Shown here: one piece after another, positions 50,418-62,126 of the stretch | How the letters are laid out: the number at the start of each line of letters is the position of its first letter | How positions within the stretch are numbered: the first letter of the stretch is position 1 | Origin: an uncultured Ectothiorhodospiraceae bacterium | GTDB taxonomy: Bacteria > Pseudomonadota > Gammaproteobacteria > SZUA-152 | DNA: 64,000 nucleotides | NCBI GenBank assembly: GCA_964401355.1 | Contig: CAYNYJ010000005.1 | Coordinates: 4,361-68,360, forward strand | Direction: 5' to 3' | Translations under genes and position numbers: made by a program | Notes under the pieces: generated by a model | Told to the model about the DNA's origin: nothing | Databases searched by the model: none | What the model saw: the letters and a program-made list of their open reading frames with translations, nothing else

Positions 50418-50500
50418 GCAGGAACAGGGTTTAAACCTGTGACCTTACAGCGGTTACGCCTAAAAAGCCAAGCCTGAACCTCAGACACTCCACACATACC
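50418..50500 (-). pseudogene. decayed tRNA-fMet copy 1 (3'-half remnant TAAGGTCACAGGTTTAAACCCTGTTCCTGC)
   Basis: A diverged T-arm/acceptor remnant and a degenerate 5' half. No CCA end and no acceptor pairing. Confidence 0.5.
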
Positions 50501-50525
50501 ATTCTCTACAAAACCAGTATTCGGT

Positions 50526-50613
50526 TGGTAGCGGGGACAGGATTTGAACCTGTGACCTTCAGCGGCTGCGCCGGTAAAAGCCGAGCCCGACCCTCGGGCG
50601 CTCCACACATACC
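50526..50613 (-). pseudogene. decayed tRNA-fMet copy 2 (intact 35-nt 3' half, mutated 5' half)
   Basis: The 3' half GAAGGTCACAGGTTCAAATCCTGTCCCCGCTACCA is identical to the functional gene. The 5' half retains only GTGGAGC and TCGGGCTC islands, and the acceptor stem is lost. Confidence 0.55.
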
Positions 50614-50639
50614 ATTTCTCTACAAAACCAGTATTCGGT

Positions 50640-50716
<77 letters not shown>

Positions 50717-50775
50717 TCCGAGGTGGGGAATTCTACCCAAATCCGCTCAAAATACAAGCCCAGACCGACAAATAA

Positions 50776-51180
50776 TTACCGTTTTTCGCTATTAATTCTC
50801 TCCAGTACCACGTAAGCAATCGCGTACTCCGATTCGTCCGACAGACTGAGGTGGAAACCACCAATACCCTCATTTCGCAAGATCTGTTTCGCCCGCTCGG
50901 AGAATATCAGCACCGGTTTGCCCAGCACGTCGTTATTCACCCCAATATCCCGCAGACTAAGCCCATCCCGAAAACCGGTACCCAAGGCCTTGGCGGTCGC
51001 CTCTTTGGCAGCAAAGCGCTTGGCCAGAAACTGGGCCTGTTTTGCCGGGTGCAGCGAATCCCGAAAAACCGCCATTTCAGCCTCAGTGAGGATGCGCGCG
51101 GCAAATCGTTCACCGTAGCGGGCCAGGTTATCGGCCATACGCGGAATACGCACAATGTCCGTACCAATGCCAAATATCAC
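50776..51180 (-). CDS. acpS: holo-ACP synthase
   Basis: [10 protein letters not shown]...; 134 aa. Confidence 0.85.
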   Translation of the reverse strand: MIFGIGTDIVRIPRMADNLARYGERFAARILTEAEMAVFRDSLHPAKQAQFLAKRFAAKEATAKALGTGFRDGLSLRDIGVNNDVLGKPVLIFSERAKQILRNEGIGGFHLSLSDESEYAIAYVVLERINSEKR

Positions 51181-51902
51181 GCGAGCTGGGCCTCGCGCAT
51201 GAGCTGTTTCATCTCGCGCACGGCCGGCTGCAGGCCGCTAAAAATGGCTCGCGCAATGATGGCATGACCAATATTCAGCTCACGTATGCCCGGTATCGAG
51301 GCGATAGCCTGCACATTGTGATAATGCAGACCGTGGCCAGCGTTCACATGTAGACCCAGTCCGAGGCCGTGTTCCACGGCCTGCACCACTTTAGCCAACT
51401 CGAGTTCACGTTGCTCAGGCGTTTGCGCATCTGCAAAATGCCCGGTGTGAATCTCGATCACGGGGGCGCCCACCTCGGCAGCCGCATCAATTTGTGCGGG
51501 ATCGGCATCAATGAACAAAGATACACGCACTTGCACCTCGGCCAGTTGCGCACAGGCATCACGCAGACGCTCGCGCTGACCGGATACGTCCAACCCGCCC
51601 TCCGTGGTCAATTCTTCGCGGCGTTCAGGCACTAGGCAGCATTCCGCCGGTTGAACACGCGCTGCAACCGCCAGCATTTCATCCGTAACGGCCATTTCCA
51701 GATTCATACGGGTTTGCAAGATATCGCGAAGCATTTCCACATCACGATCCTGAATATGACGACGATCCTCGCGCAAATGCAGAGTAATCGCATCCGCCCC
51801 CGCCTGCTCCGCCTCGATGGCCGCCTGAATGGGATCGGGATAGCGAGTTCCCCGCGCCTGACGCAGGGTGGCAACGTGGTCGATATTCACACCGAGCAAC
51901 AT
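51177..51902 (-). CDS. pdxJ: pyridoxine 5'-phosphate synthase
   Basis: Preferred start [24 protein letters not shown] (51902). The ORF track starts at 51947. Confidence 0.85.
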   Translation of the reverse strand: MLLGVNIDHVATLRQARGTRYPDPIQAAIEAEQAGADAITLHLREDRRHIQDRDVEMLRDILQTRMNLEMAVTDEMLAVAARVQPAECCLVPERREELTTEGGLDVSGQRERLRDACAQLAEVQVRVSLFIDADPAQIDAAAEVGAPVIEIHTGHFADAQTPEQRELELAKVVQAVEHGLGLGLHVNAGHGLHYHNVQAIASIPGIRELNIGHAIIARAIFSGLQPAVREMKQLMREAQLA

Positions 51903-51996
51903 CGTAGTGGTCGAAATGGCTGTTGCAGAAAGGGATAGGGCTGTCATTAAGTGGCTACCTTGTGTCTGTGTCGTACGTCAGAGAGAAATACGGGTG

Positions 51997-52773
51997 TTAC
52001 ACAATATGCGCATGAGCACGTTGTGCAAGCTGGGCACTTTGTTGCATCAACTGGCGGCTTGCCAGCGGTTTGGGGCCCAGATATTGACCCAGCACCGCAC
52101 GCAACAGGCGCTTTGCTTCCCGACGTGCCATGTCCGTCGACAAATCATCGGCCTGCATGGCTAACAATGTCTGCCCAGAAATTTGCACGCCAGACGGTTC
52201 TTCATTACGCCCATCGTCCAACACCGGGCCCTGTTCCATATGATAAATATACTGCCGCTCTGCTTGCACGGATGCCGCGCTGTGTACCTCATGATCAAGC
52301 ACCAGCCCATAGCCCAAGGCGCTCAACAGGCGCATTTCAAAACGACGCAGTGTGATTTCCAAGGTCTGACGCTCATCGCCCCCCGCACTCAACGCCGACA
52401 GCGACCGCAACGCCGCATCGTAGCAACCAAATAATTCCAACTGTGCATCGTGGCGCTGTAACAGTCGCATTAAAATCTCATTGAGATAAAAACCGCTGGC
52501 GATAATCCCCGGGCTAATCGTCAACGCGGCTCCTTGGGCTTCTGCCGCCGTCAACAAACCCAGTTCAGCGCGCAGATTAAACGACACCAGCAACGGTTGA
52601 AAACTTTGCAGCAATCCAGGCCAACGCGGTTTCTTACCGCGCACCCCTTTGGCAACAACACCCACACGTCCCTGTTCCGGAGTCAATAATTCAATAATAG
52701 CGCTGCTGTCCCGATAGGCATGCTGATGTAAAATATAGGCGGGCTGCAACACAACCCGTTGCGTTGCTGACAT
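51997..52773 (-). CDS. recO: DNA repair protein RecO
   Basis: 258 aa in the era-recO-pdxJ context. AYILHQHAYRDSSAIIELLT matches the RecO N-terminus. Confidence 0.8.
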   Translation of the reverse strand: MSATQRVVLQPAYILHQHAYRDSSAIIELLTPEQGRVGVVAKGVRGKKPRWPGLLQSFQPLLVSFNLRAELGLLTAAEAQGAALTISPGIIASGFYLNEILMRLLQRHDAQLELFGCYDAALRSLSALSAGGDERQTLEITLRRFEMRLLSALGYGLVLDHEVHSAASVQAERQYIYHMEQGPVLDDGRNEEPSGVQISGQTLLAMQADDLSTDMARREAKRLLRAVLGQYLGPKPLASRQLMQQSAQLAQRAHAHIV

Positions 52774-52786
52774 GTTTTATCCTGAC

Positions 52787-53689
52787 CTAATCATCCTGAT
52801 AACCAAGACTGCGCAACGCACGTTCGTCATCCGCCCAGCCACTGCGCACCTTCACCCACAGTTGCAAAAAAACTTTACCATCAAACGCACGTTCCATATC
52901 CTTGCGCGCGAGTTCACCAATACGTTTTAACTGTGCGCCTTTTTTACCGATGATAATGCCTTTCTGTCCGTCACGCTCCACCCAGATGATGGCGTGAATA
53001 TGTCGCACATTGTCTTCCATGCTGAATTTTTCAATTTCTACCGTGGTGGAATACGGCAGCTCCTGTGACAGGGAACGCATCAGTTTTTCACGCACCAGCT
53101 CCGAAGCCATAAACCGTTCACTGCGATCCGTGACCTGATCTTCCGGAAAGAAAGGAGACGATACCGGCAACACCTTTTCGATCTCAACTTCCAGCTGCTG
53201 CACACCATCACCCAAACGCGCCGAGATAGGAATCATTTGATGGAAATGATGTTTCTCGGACAACATGGTTAAATGCGGTAACAAAATATCTTTTTCTTTA
53301 ACGTGATCAATTTTATTGATCACGAGAAATACCGGCACCGAGACTTGTTTGAGCTTTCCCAATACAAGCTCATCTTCATCTGTCCAGCGAGTACGATCCA
53401 GCATAAAAATAATCGCATCCACATCGGTGATGGCACCGGAAGCCGCGCGGTTCATGTAACGGTTAATCGCACGTTTGCCACCCAGGTGTAAACCGGGTGT
53501 ATCAACATAAATCACCTGGCTTTGGTTCGTGGTTTTTACACCCAAAATACGATGACGTGTGGTTTGGGGACGGTCTGCAGTGATACTGATTTTTTGACCT
53601 AGAATACGATTCAGCAACGTCGACTTGCCCACATTGGGACGTCCCACAATCGCCACATAACCGCAGTGAAAGACCTGTTCTTCTATCAT
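52787..53689 (-). CDS. era: GTPase Era
   Basis: [16 protein letters not shown] and a KH domain. Confidence 0.9.
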   Translation of the reverse strand: MIEEQVFHCGYVAIVGRPNVGKSTLLNRILGQKISITADRPQTTRHRILGVKTTNQSQVIYVDTPGLHLGGKRAINRYMNRAASGAITDVDAIIFMLDRTRWTDEDELVLGKLKQVSVPVFLVINKIDHVKEKDILLPHLTMLSEKHHFHQMIPISARLGDGVQQLEVEIEKVLPVSSPFFPEDQVTDRSERFMASELVREKLMRSLSQELPYSTTVEIEKFSMEDNVRHIHAIIWVERDGQKGIIIGKKGAQLKRIGELARKDMERAFDGKVFLQLWVKVRSGWADDERALRSLGYQDD

Positions 53690-53729
53690 TAGCTTTTTAC
53701 TGCATCTATCATTTCATTAATGGGTGTAT

Positions 53730-54437
53730 TTACCAACGACTCGATTCAGCATTTTTTAACAAATGGTTCAACACTTGTTGGGCCGCGGACTGTTCCGCCT
53801 TGCGACGACTGCTACCTATACCCGTAACAATTTCATTCAGCCCTGTGACATTACACTGCACCGTAAATTCTTGCTCATGCGCGTCGCCGAGGGTTTCTGT
53901 TACCGTGTATTCTGGCAAATCCAGACGCCGCGCCTGAAGATATTCTTGTAACCGAGTCTTAGGATCCTTCATATCCGATTCAGCAGAAAGATTTTCAAGT
54001 CGCGAAGACAAACAACGTTCGATCAGTTTGCGTGCTGGTTGCAGACCACCATCCAGATACATCGCACCAAAAATGGCTTCCATGCCATCGGCTAAAATCG
54101 AATCCCGACGAAAACCACCACTTTTTAATTCGCCCGACCCCAAACGCAAATAATCACCCAGCGAAAATTCACGCGCCAGCGCCGCCAGAGTTTCTTTTTT
54201 AACAAGGGAAGCCCGAAACCGACTCAGGTGTCCTTCGGGTGCCTGTTGAAACTGGGAATAAAGCAAATCGGCGGCGATAAAACCTAAAATCGCATCACCC
54301 AGAAATTCCAGCCGTTCATTGTTTTCTGCGGCTTTACTGCGGTGCGTCAAGGCCTGCCTCAGAAGAGAAATGTCTTTAAATTGATAAGCTAACGTCCGTT
54401 GCAGTTTATCGAGTTGTTCATTAGCATTGTTCATCAC
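53730..54437 (-). CDS. rnc: ribonuclease III
   Basis: The ERLEFLGDA signature is present. Confidence 0.9.
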   Translation of the reverse strand: MMNNANEQLDKLQRTLAYQFKDISLLRQALTHRSKAAENNERLEFLGDAILGFIAADLLYSQFQQAPEGHLSRFRASLVKKETLAALAREFSLGDYLRLGSGELKSGGFRRDSILADGMEAIFGAMYLDGGLQPARKLIERCLSSRLENLSAESDMKDPKTRLQEYLQARRLDLPEYTVTETLGDAHEQEFTVQCNVTGLNEIVTGIGSSRRKAEQSAAQQVLNHLLKNAESSRW

Positions 54438-54481
54438 GTGCGTTCATCAAACATGTTCACTGGACAAACACCTTCCACCAC

Positions 54482-54934
54482 TCACTTCAAATCCACCTCA
54501 TCCACAAAAGTGACCACCATATCGATATTTGCCAAGGCCGTTGTACGCACTTCATATTCTATCGCAACAGTGACCAGCCCATCCTTTCCACGTTCGATAA
54601 AAATATGCTCACTAGTAACATTTTTAACATCATCGATAGAAAAACGTTTTTGCAACGTCGATATAATTTCTGCATTCGTCTTGGCCGCGCTGCCACTCTC
54701 TGTCGCAAGACTGTTCAAATGCGAGGTCACGCTAAAATATTCCATGTAAATCGGGAACAAGCGCAAAAGAATCAGGGTAAAAAGGGCGATTAATAGCAGG
54801 ATCATGACCATGGTAATGCCCGTCACACCCTTTTGGTGACGACGGCTGTGTTGAGAGTGCTGAGCCTTTTGTTGAAACATTTTTCGAAACCCTTTTTGAG
54901 AGAATCGCTTAGGCTGTCGAATTATTTTTCTCAT
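54482..54934 (-). CDS. DUF4845-like small membrane protein (lepB-rnc intergenic gene)
   Basis: Preferred start MRKIIRQPKRF (54934). The ORF track starts at 55096. It has a single TM helix (MVMILLLIALFTLILL). This position is conserved in gammaproteobacteria. Confidence 0.45.
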   Translation of the reverse strand: MRKIIRQPKRFSQKGFRKMFQQKAQHSQHSRRHQKGVTGITMVMILLLIALFTLILLRLFPIYMEYFSVTSHLNSLATESGSAAKTNAEIISTLQKRFSIDDVKNVTSEHIFIERGKDGLVTVAIEYEVRTTALANIDMVVTFVDEVDLK

Positions 54935-55105
54935 TTTTTCTCCACCGCTAATTATTGCGTCACCCATCCGGTGACGGTCACTAGTCCGCTCAAGAATATG
55001 CGCCATGTCCTCTGAATTCCACACATTCGAGCCTTTTTCTCGCCATAAATAATGTACCTGGACATTGAAAATATGTGGGATCATCTCGGCAAACAACCCA
55101 AAAGG

Positions 55106-55939
55106 CTATTTAATGCTGCTACCCAAGCGTTCCCAGGCGATACCATCGGCCTGAGGATCCCAGTTCATCCACACCATAAAGGCTTTGCCGACGAGGTTTT
55201 CTTCCGGCACAAAACCCCAATAGCGACTGTCATTACTGTTGTCACGGTTATCACCCATCACAAAATAATGACCATCTGGCACGGTGAATTCACCTTCCAT
55301 GGATCCGCTGCCTTCATCGATCAAAATACCGTGAGCCACGCCCAACAAATTTTCTTGCAGCAATTTAGCCCCTGACATTGACACCCCGGCACCCACGCCC
55401 GTATAGCGTGTCTGGCCTTCCTGCTTGGCGGGTTCACCGTTAATAAACAACTGTTTGTTGTAATAAGCCACCTTATCACCGGGTAACCCAACCACCCGCT
55501 TAATGTAATCAATGGAGGGGTTTTTGGGATAGCGAAAAACCATGACATCACCGCGCTCGGGCTCACCGACATCGATAATTTTACGATTGAGCACTGGCAA
55601 GCGTATGCCGTAGGAAAATTTATTCACCAGAATGAAGTCGCCAACCAACAAAGTCGGCATCATTGAGCCTGATGGAATCCGAAAAGGCTCCATCAAAAAT
55701 GAGCGCAGTACTAAAACGGCCAAAATCACTGGAAATAGCGAACGCGCATATTCCACCAACACAGGTTCTTTGAGCAGACCTTCCCTGGCCTCGGACAATT
55801 CAGCAGTATTTTTGCCTTGTGCCTCCAGCGCATGGGCCGCCGCACGTCGTTTCGGCGCCCAAAGCATGCTATCAAGCAACCAGATAATACCCGTTAAAAA
55901 TACTGCGCTGACCATAATGGCCGGAAAATTAAAATCCAT
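55106..55939 (-). CDS. lepB: signal peptidase I
   Basis: GDNRDNSNDSRYWGFV and SGSMMPTL motifs. Confidence 0.85.
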   Translation of the reverse strand: MDFNFPAIMVSAVFLTGIIWLLDSMLWAPKRRAAAHALEAQGKNTAELSEAREGLLKEPVLVEYARSLFPVILAVLVLRSFLMEPFRIPSGSMMPTLLVGDFILVNKFSYGIRLPVLNRKIIDVGEPERGDVMVFRYPKNPSIDYIKRVVGLPGDKVAYYNKQLFINGEPAKQEGQTRYTGVGAGVSMSGAKLLQENLLGVAHGILIDEGSGSMEGEFTVPDGHYFVMGDNRDNSNDSRYWGFVPEENLVGKAFMVWMNWDPQADGIAWERLGSSIK

Positions 55940-56148
55940 CAGTTTATTTATCCGTTAGGGAGCCCCTGATTTATTCTGGACGAAGTAGACTGCGATCTAA
56001 AATATCCAGATTCGAAACGCGAATCGCACGTAATAGCTGGCTATTGCGAACTTTCTCAATAAAAATAAGCGTAACGATGAAGCTGGATATTTTAGGCGCA
56101 AGATACGAGTTCATGAATAGATCAGAGGTTCCTTAGTGTATTGAGTGG

Positions 56149-57945
56149 TCATTTATCTCTTCCCACTTGCAAGATCGCCATAAAGGCCTCTTGTGGAATT
56201 TCCACCGAGCCCACCTGTTTCATGCGCTTTTTACCGGCTTTTTGTTTTTCCAGCAATTTACGCTTACGGGAGATATCACCACCATAACATTTGGCCGTCA
56301 CATTTTTGCGCAGCGCTTTGACATTCGAGCGCGCCACCACATTCGCGCCAATGGCTGCTTGAATCGCCACATCAAACATTTGTCGTGGAATAAGTTCGCG
56401 CATTTTTTCCACTAGTTGACGGCCACGATACTGTGCCTGCTCTCGATGCACGATGCACGACAGCGCATCGACACCCTCACCATTGATGAGCAAATCCAAA
56501 CGCACCAGATCCGCAACCTGAAATCGCACAAAATGGTAGTCCAGTGAGGCATAACCCCGACTCACCGATTTCAGACGATCAAAAAAGTCCATCACCACTT
56601 CGTTCATCGGCATTTCGTACTCCAGCGACACCTGATTCCCGATGTAGAGCATTTTGCGTTGCACACCGCGTTTTTCCACGCACAGACCGATCACGTTACC
56701 AATGTAGTCCTGCGGCACCAAAATATTGGCGATGATAATCGGCTCGCGAATTTCTTCGATCTTACCCAGCTCCGGCAATTTGGAAGGACTATCGACGTGC
56801 GTCACCTCACCATTCGTCGCCCGCACTTCATACACCACCGTTGGCGCGGTGCTGATCAGATCCAGGTCATATTCGCGTTCCAACCGTTCCTGCACGATTT
56901 CCATGTGCAACATGCCGAGGAAGCCGCAACGAAACCCCAGCCCCAAAGCTTGCGAGGTCTCCGGCTCGTAAAACAGTGCCGCGTCATTGAGGTTCAGTTT
57001 CGCCAGCGCATCACGCAGATCTTCGTAATCTTCAGCACTGATCGGAAAAATACCGGCATACACCTGTGGCTGTACAGTCTTAAACCCCGGCAAAGATCCC
57101 GTGGCTGGATTGTCGGCCAGGGTGAGGGTGTCACCGACCGGTGCACCTTCAATTTCCTTAATACCTGCAATCACATAGCCCACTTCACCGGCCTGCAGCT
57201 GATCGGTGTCCTGCCGTTTAGGATTGAAAATGCCGACGTGATCCACAATATGGCTACGGCCGGTGCTCATCACCAGAATTTTTTGGCGCTTTTTGAGGGT
57301 GCCGTGTTTAATGCGAACCAGCGACACCACGCCCAAATAATTGTCGAACCAGGAATCAATAATCAACGCTTGCAGCGGTGCATCCCGATCACCTTCGGGG
57401 GGCGGAATCTTTTTCACTAGATCTTCCAGCAGCTCATCCACACCCTGTCCCGTTTTGGCGCTGATACGCACGGCATCACTGGCCTCGACACCAATAATAT
57501 CTTCAATCTCGTGAATCACACGATCGGGATCGGCAGCGGGTAGATCGATTTTGTTGAGCACCGGCACCACTTCCACATCCTGCTCGATAGCGGTGTAACA
57601 ATTGGCCACACTCTGCGCTTCGACGCCCTGTGAGGCATCCACCACCAACAGCGCCCCTTCACAGGCCGCCAGCGAGCGCGACACTTCATAGGAAAAATCC
57701 ACGTGGCCGGGGGTGTCGATAAAATTCAGTTGATAAACTTCACCATTTTTCGCGGTGTAATTGAGCGTCACGCTCTGCGCTTTGATGGTGATGCCCCGTT
57801 CCTTTTCAAGATCCATGGAATCGAGCACTTGCGCCGACATTTCCCGATCAGACAGGCCTCCGCACATCTGGATAAAACGATCTGCAAGCGTGGATTTTCC
57901 GTGATCGATGTGGGCAATAATGGAAAAATTGCGAATGTTTTCCAT
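56149..57945 (-). CDS. lepA: elongation factor 4
   Basis: Preferred start [20 protein letters not shown] (57945). Confidence 0.9.
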   Translation of the reverse strand: MENIRNFSIIAHIDHGKSTLADRFIQMCGGLSDREMSAQVLDSMDLEKERGITIKAQSVTLNYTAKNGEVYQLNFIDTPGHVDFSYEVSRSLAACEGALLVVDASQGVEAQSVANCYTAIEQDVEVVPVLNKIDLPAADPDRVIHEIEDIIGVEASDAVRISAKTGQGVDELLEDLVKKIPPPEGDRDAPLQALIIDSWFDNYLGVVSLVRIKHGTLKKRQKILVMSTGRSHIVDHVGIFNPKRQDTDQLQAGEVGYVIAGIKEIEGAPVGDTLTLADNPATGSLPGFKTVQPQVYAGIFPISAEDYEDLRDALAKLNLNDAALFYEPETSQALGLGFRCGFLGMLHMEIVQERLEREYDLDLISTAPTVVYEVRATNGEVTHVDSPSKLPELGKIEEIREPIIIANILVPQDYIGNVIGLCVEKRGVQRKMLYIGNQVSLEYEMPMNEVVMDFFDRLKSVSRGYASLDYHFVRFQVADLVRLDLLINGEGVDALSCIVHREQAQYRGRQLVEKMRELIPRQMFDVAIQAAIGANVVARSNVKALRKNVTAKCYGGDISRKRKLLEKQKAGKKRMKQVGSVEIPQEAFMAILQVGRDK

Positions 57946-58210
57946 CTTGGACATGTCTTGATACCGCCTAGTGCCGGGACAAGCAGGCTGCCCGGAAAAT
58001 TAGTGTCTGCTAACAGACAAATGAATTGAGGCGTTCAGGGTGAACAACCGGCGGGCATTGTAATCTATCTGGCACGTTGCTGGAACTCTTGTAGGACTCG
58101 CGCAGAAACCCGAGTCTTTCTTCAACACCCCGACTTCCCAACGACCAAAAACACCCGCCCCGCACATACGCGGAGCGGGCATCGACGGGTATTTGTCCGC
58201 TAATGCCAGA

Positions 58211-59764
58211 TTATTCGTCTTTGATCTTCAATGCCAGAAATACTGGGCCACCTCGGCGCTGCACTAACAGCGGCACTGATTTCCCGGTGGGTAGATCCGC
58301 TGAAACCTCGGCAAAATGCTTGGCATCTTTCACCTCGACATTGTTGAGCGTCAGGATTACATCACCTCGCCGCACACCGGCCTTGCGTGCCGCACCGGCC
58401 TGCACCCGCTTGACAATCACACCGCCGCCTTTGATTTCCAGTTTTTCACGCTGCTCTGGGGTCAAATCCATCACCGTCACATTCAATCGTGCCTCATTCG
58501 CAGAAAGCGAGTTAGCACCCGCAACAACCACGTTTTCCGGTAACTCACCCAGTTTCACAGACAATACCTTGAGCTTGCCCTTGCGAAGAATTTCCACTCT
58601 GACCTTGTCGCCCACCGGACTAATACCCACCAGCGGCGGTAAATCCGAGGAACGCATCACCACGGTGCCATTAAAGCGCATCACAATATCACCCACTTCC
58701 AGGCCAGCCGCTTTGGCGGGACTGTCTTTCAGCACCTTGGCCACCAAAGCACCACTGGGTTTATCCATACCGAAGGACTCGGCCAATTCGCGGGTCACGT
58801 CCTGAATCAACACTCCCAGCCAACCGCGCACAACGTGGCCACTGTCTTTTAGTTGTTTGACTACATTCATAGCCATATCGATGGGGATCGCAAAAGACAG
58901 ACCCATAAATCCACCGGTGCGACTGTAAATTTGTGAGTTGATACCGACCACCCTGCCTTCCAGGTCAAACAGGGGTCCACCCGAGTTACCTGGATTAATC
59001 GCCACATCGGTTTGAATAAAAGGCACATAATTTTCGCGCGGCAAGGAGCGCCCCTTGGCGCTGACAATACCGGCAGTGACAGAATGATCAAACCCAAAAG
59101 GTGAGCCAATCGCCAGCACCCAGGCACCGACTTTAAGATTTGCCGAATCTCCAATGTTCACCACCGGCAAATTGTCGGCATCCACCTTCAACAACGCAAT
59201 GTCGCTGCGTTCGTCACTGCCAATCACCTCGGCGACCAGTTCTCGACGGTCCGACAAGCGCACCAGAATTTCCGTGGCATCCTTCACCACGTGATGATTG
59301 GTCAACACGTAGCCATCTTTGGAAATAATAAAACCTGAACCCAGCGACTTGGCCTCAATCGATCCGCCATTGAAGTCGCCATGACCTTCTGGCCCACCAA
59401 AACCACGCCCCGGATCACCAAAGAAATGTCGAAACAAGTCACCAAACGGCCCTTCAGGAATATTCTCTGGCATGCCACGTGGCATACGCCGCACTTTCGG
59501 ATGTTTCATTTTTTGCGTGGTACTGATGTTGACCACTGCGGCACTGTACTGTTCCACCAGCTCGGTAAAGTCAGGCAAAGACCGTGCCTGCACTGTGGTG
59601 GGCACCATCATCCATATAAACAGAAGAGAGACCAGCACTAACAGCCTGCGATTCACCATTGTGCGCCAGTCATCCACACCGTATGCGCCATAGCCCTTCA
59701 TCGCTCTTTCTTTCATAGGAAAACGAGGATGACCATTCTGAAAATTCATGTTTACTCCTAACAT
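58211..59764 (-). CDS. degP: periplasmic serine endoprotease DegP/MucD (HtrA family, two PDZ domains)
   Basis: GNSGGPL, the catalytic triad context and two PDZ domains. The true start is probably an internal Met (MKGYGA or MVNRRLL). Confidence 0.8.
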   Translation of the reverse strand: MLGVNMNFQNGHPRFPMKERAMKGYGAYGVDDWRTMVNRRLLVLVSLLFIWMMVPTTVQARSLPDFTELVEQYSAAVVNISTTQKMKHPKVRRMPRGMPENIPEGPFGDLFRHFFGDPGRGFGGPEGHGDFNGGSIEAKSLGSGFIISKDGYVLTNHHVVKDATEILVRLSDRRELVAEVIGSDERSDIALLKVDADNLPVVNIGDSANLKVGAWVLAIGSPFGFDHSVTAGIVSAKGRSLPRENYVPFIQTDVAINPGNSGGPLFDLEGRVVGINSQIYSRTGGFMGLSFAIPIDMAMNVVKQLKDSGHVVRGWLGVLIQDVTRELAESFGMDKPSGALVAKVLKDSPAKAAGLEVGDIVMRFNGTVVMRSSDLPPLVGISPVGDKVRVEILRKGKLKVLSVKLGELPENVVVAGANSLSANEARLNVTVMDLTPEQREKLEIKGGGVIVKRVQAGAARKAGVRRGDVILTLNNVEVKDAKHFAEVSADLPTGKSVPLLVQRRGGPVFLALKIKDE

Positions 59765-59850
59765 TTCACAAATCGATGTATCAAGCTAATGTATCGAATC
59801 AATCCATTTCAAGTAAATCGTGAAACCGATTTATCGTTACCCAAAAACTA

Positions 59851-60315
59851 TTACCTAACCGGTAACACACGTCGCAACAGCACTGGCTGATAACGTTGAT
59901 CGTTACCAATGTGGCGAGTAAATCGCCATACCCAGACAAAACCCAGCGCCAAACCCAGCAATCCAAACACAATAGAGGCAAGCTCAGGATTTTCAAATAA
60001 TAACTGGGTACCTAACACTTGCCCCAACCCAGCAAACATAAACAATGCTAATAATGGCACGATATACACTGCCAATGAACCACGCACCAAGGCCCGCTCA
60101 TCAATACCGATGATCACTTCATCACCCACCGTCACCACCGTGGCCTTAGGATTGAGCGCCCGCACTTGGCTGCGCTTGTTGCCCAGCACTTTCGCCAACG
60201 TTGCGGTGCCGCAACCCTTGTTCACTGCGCATGTCCCGCAGGCCGAGCGACGTTGCGTTTCAACCCAAACATCGTCGGCATTTAACGCAACGACCCGCGC
60301 ATGTTCTTCGATCAT
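59851..60315 (-). CDS. rseC: sigma-E regulatory protein RseC/MucC
   Basis: 154 aa with a CGTCAVNKGC motif and a C-terminal TM segment. Confidence 0.7.
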   Translation of the reverse strand: MIEEHARVVALNADDVWVETQRRSACGTCAVNKGCGTATLAKVLGNKRSQVRALNPKATVVTVGDEVIIGIDERALVRGSLAVYIVPLLALFMFAGLGQVLGTQLLFENPELASIVFGLLGLALGFVWVWRFTRHIGNDQRYQPVLLRRVLPVR

Positions 60316-61322
60316 TCATTTTCCTCTGGGTCATACATGACCGCATGAGCCACACTTTCAACCGTGTGCGCGGGAACCTCGCCGATCACCGTAATCTGAT
60401 ACCCCTGACGCAATACGCCAAACGCATTAGTGGCCCCCATCAGCGATGCGCCTTCAAATATTGTGTGAGCGTCGGAGATTTTTTCCATATACACCGAAAT
60501 ACTGGCCAGACCGTCTGAAATAACCCAGTGTTCCACAAGTCCGGGGGAATTGGGCATCTGATGATGAAAACGTGTAATGATTGAAAAACCTTGTGGCAAG
60601 TTCACAATATCCCAGCGACTATCAACGAGGCTTTCCGCCGTTGGGTTATCGTCGTGCATAGTCCAGGTAAAATCATCACTGCGAGTCTCTGCCTCCAGCA
60701 TCACGTCCGGAATATCCCCACCAATGGTAATATTGGCAAACATGGTCTGTTCCAGCACCTCGCCCTGGCCATTGATCAAATCAGATTTTAAGAGAATAGC
60801 GTTAACCTCATCGATCCAAAGACGGTAACCATAACGGGAAGTATCTTTTGGCTCAATTAAAATAGCCTGCACACTCTGCCCTGCAACACGATCCATGGCT
60901 TCAAATGAGAACGAATAATAATCTTGTAGCTGGCTAAAATCATTTTCAGCCATCTGCGCCAATAAATTACCTTTAAACTGTTGCTTGCAAACCATCACCA
61001 CCTTGCTATTTGGCATGTAACTTGTCACTACATCATTTTTACGCACAACCTCCCTTGCCACACCGTTGAGATTAATCAGTCGTTCAAATTCGCCCCGCTG
61101 ATCAACTCGGTGCACCACTCGCATAGACTGCACCTGACCATCCTGCAAATATACCAGGGTGCCATGATAATTGAGTTGCTGCGTCGCCGTTTGCATCCGC
61201 ATCAGCACATCAAGTACCGCCTGATCAGCCGCATAGCCCGTGCCCGCAAAACCACAGGTCAAAACCAACACCAGCCAGAATTTACCGGATAATCGTCGCA
61301 CCGAAAAAAGGCCAGACCGCAT
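60312..61322 (-). CDS. rseB: sigma-E regulatory protein RseB/MucB
   Basis: 336 aa, periplasmic, positioned between rseA and rseC. Confidence 0.75.
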   Translation of the reverse strand: MRSGLFSVRRLSGKFWLVLVLTCGFAGTGYAADQAVLDVLMRMQTATQQLNYHGTLVYLQDGQVQSMRVVHRVDQRGEFERLINLNGVAREVVRKNDVVTSYMPNSKVVMVCKQQFKGNLLAQMAENDFSQLQDYYSFSFEAMDRVAGQSVQAILIEPKDTSRYGYRLWIDEVNAILLKSDLINGQGEVLEQTMFANITIGGDIPDVMLEAETRSDDFTWTMHDDNPTAESLVDSRWDIVNLPQGFSIITRFHHQMPNSPGLVEHWVISDGLASISVYMEKISDAHTIFEGASLMGATNAFGVLRQGYQITVIGEVPAHTVESVAHAVMYDPEENE

Positions 61323-62008
61323 TATTTTTGCGCTTGGATAATGATGTAACGAGAATTGGGATAAGCCACGATTCTCGCGTACGGCACGACCCCCTGTAAC
61401 GCCGCTCGCGGCGCTTGCTGATTGTGGTCAACCAGATATTTATTCAAATTGGGATGATAACGTTTCGCCAAAGGTGGCGTTGCCACGACAGGATTCGCAG
61501 CTTGGGTCACGATTTGAATATTGGGCCGAACCACCGCACGGGCAATTGATTGACTGACGGAGGGCCTATTTGAAGAAAGAATTGGCGAGAGGGTTGGAGA
61601 AAGAGTGGTCGGCGTTTGTGCCATTTGTCCAGCCAGGCTACGATCGTCTTGCTGATACATAAACTGCACTCCCAGCACCGCAACCGCGGCAACGGAGGCA
61701 GCAACCGCCAGCCCAGCCAGACGCCGCCCCAATGCCGTTCCCTGAAATGCCCTCCTAGGTGGTCGGGGCGCCAGCACCGTGGGCTCGTCTTGCAATGCCT
61801 TCATAACCCGGGACGAAAATTGGGCATCCATGCCCGCAGGCAAATGTTGTCGCAAAGTATCGCTTATCAGATGGTAGCGAAACCAGGTATCTCGCGACTC
61901 ATCATTTTTCAACAGTTCATCCACCGCATCATGATGCGCCCGCTTATCCAGTTCGCCATCCATCAGCGCCGAAATTCGTTCATCCGATGAATTTGTCATA
62001 CCTATCAC
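61322..62008 (-). CDS. rseA: anti-sigma-E factor RseA/MucA
   Basis: SALMDGELD N-terminal motif. Confidence 0.75.
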   Translation of the reverse strand: MIGMTNSSDERISALMDGELDKRAHHDAVDELLKNDESRDTWFRYHLISDTLRQHLPAGMDAQFSSRVMKALQDEPTVLAPRPPRRAFQGTALGRRLAGLAVAASVAAVAVLGVQFMYQQDDRSLAGQMAQTPTTLSPTLSPILSSNRPSVSQSIARAVVRPNIQIVTQAANPVVATPPLAKRYHPNLNKYLVDHNQQAPRAALQGVVPYARIVAYPNSRYIIIQAQK

Positions 62009-62126
62009 CTGTCATTGTTGTTTCTATTTTCAACTACAGCCTTATTACTGAACTACTACCTACCGCTAGCCAATGAGTTGATTTAATCCTGCTTTCACCG
62101 AGGCCAGCCATAACCGGCAACCCCCG

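Noticed and set aside
50418-50613. Additional functional tRNAs (for example long-arm tRNA or tRNA-Sec) downstream of metY
   Set aside because: No acceptor-stem pairing can be formed. The 5' halves retain only short islands of tRNA-fMet sequence, so these are decayed copies.
58203-58805. 200-aa Pro/Ser/Thr-rich plus-strand ORF
   Set aside because: It is entirely antisense to the well-supported degP/mucD gene, with low-complexity composition typical of GC-rich antisense frames.
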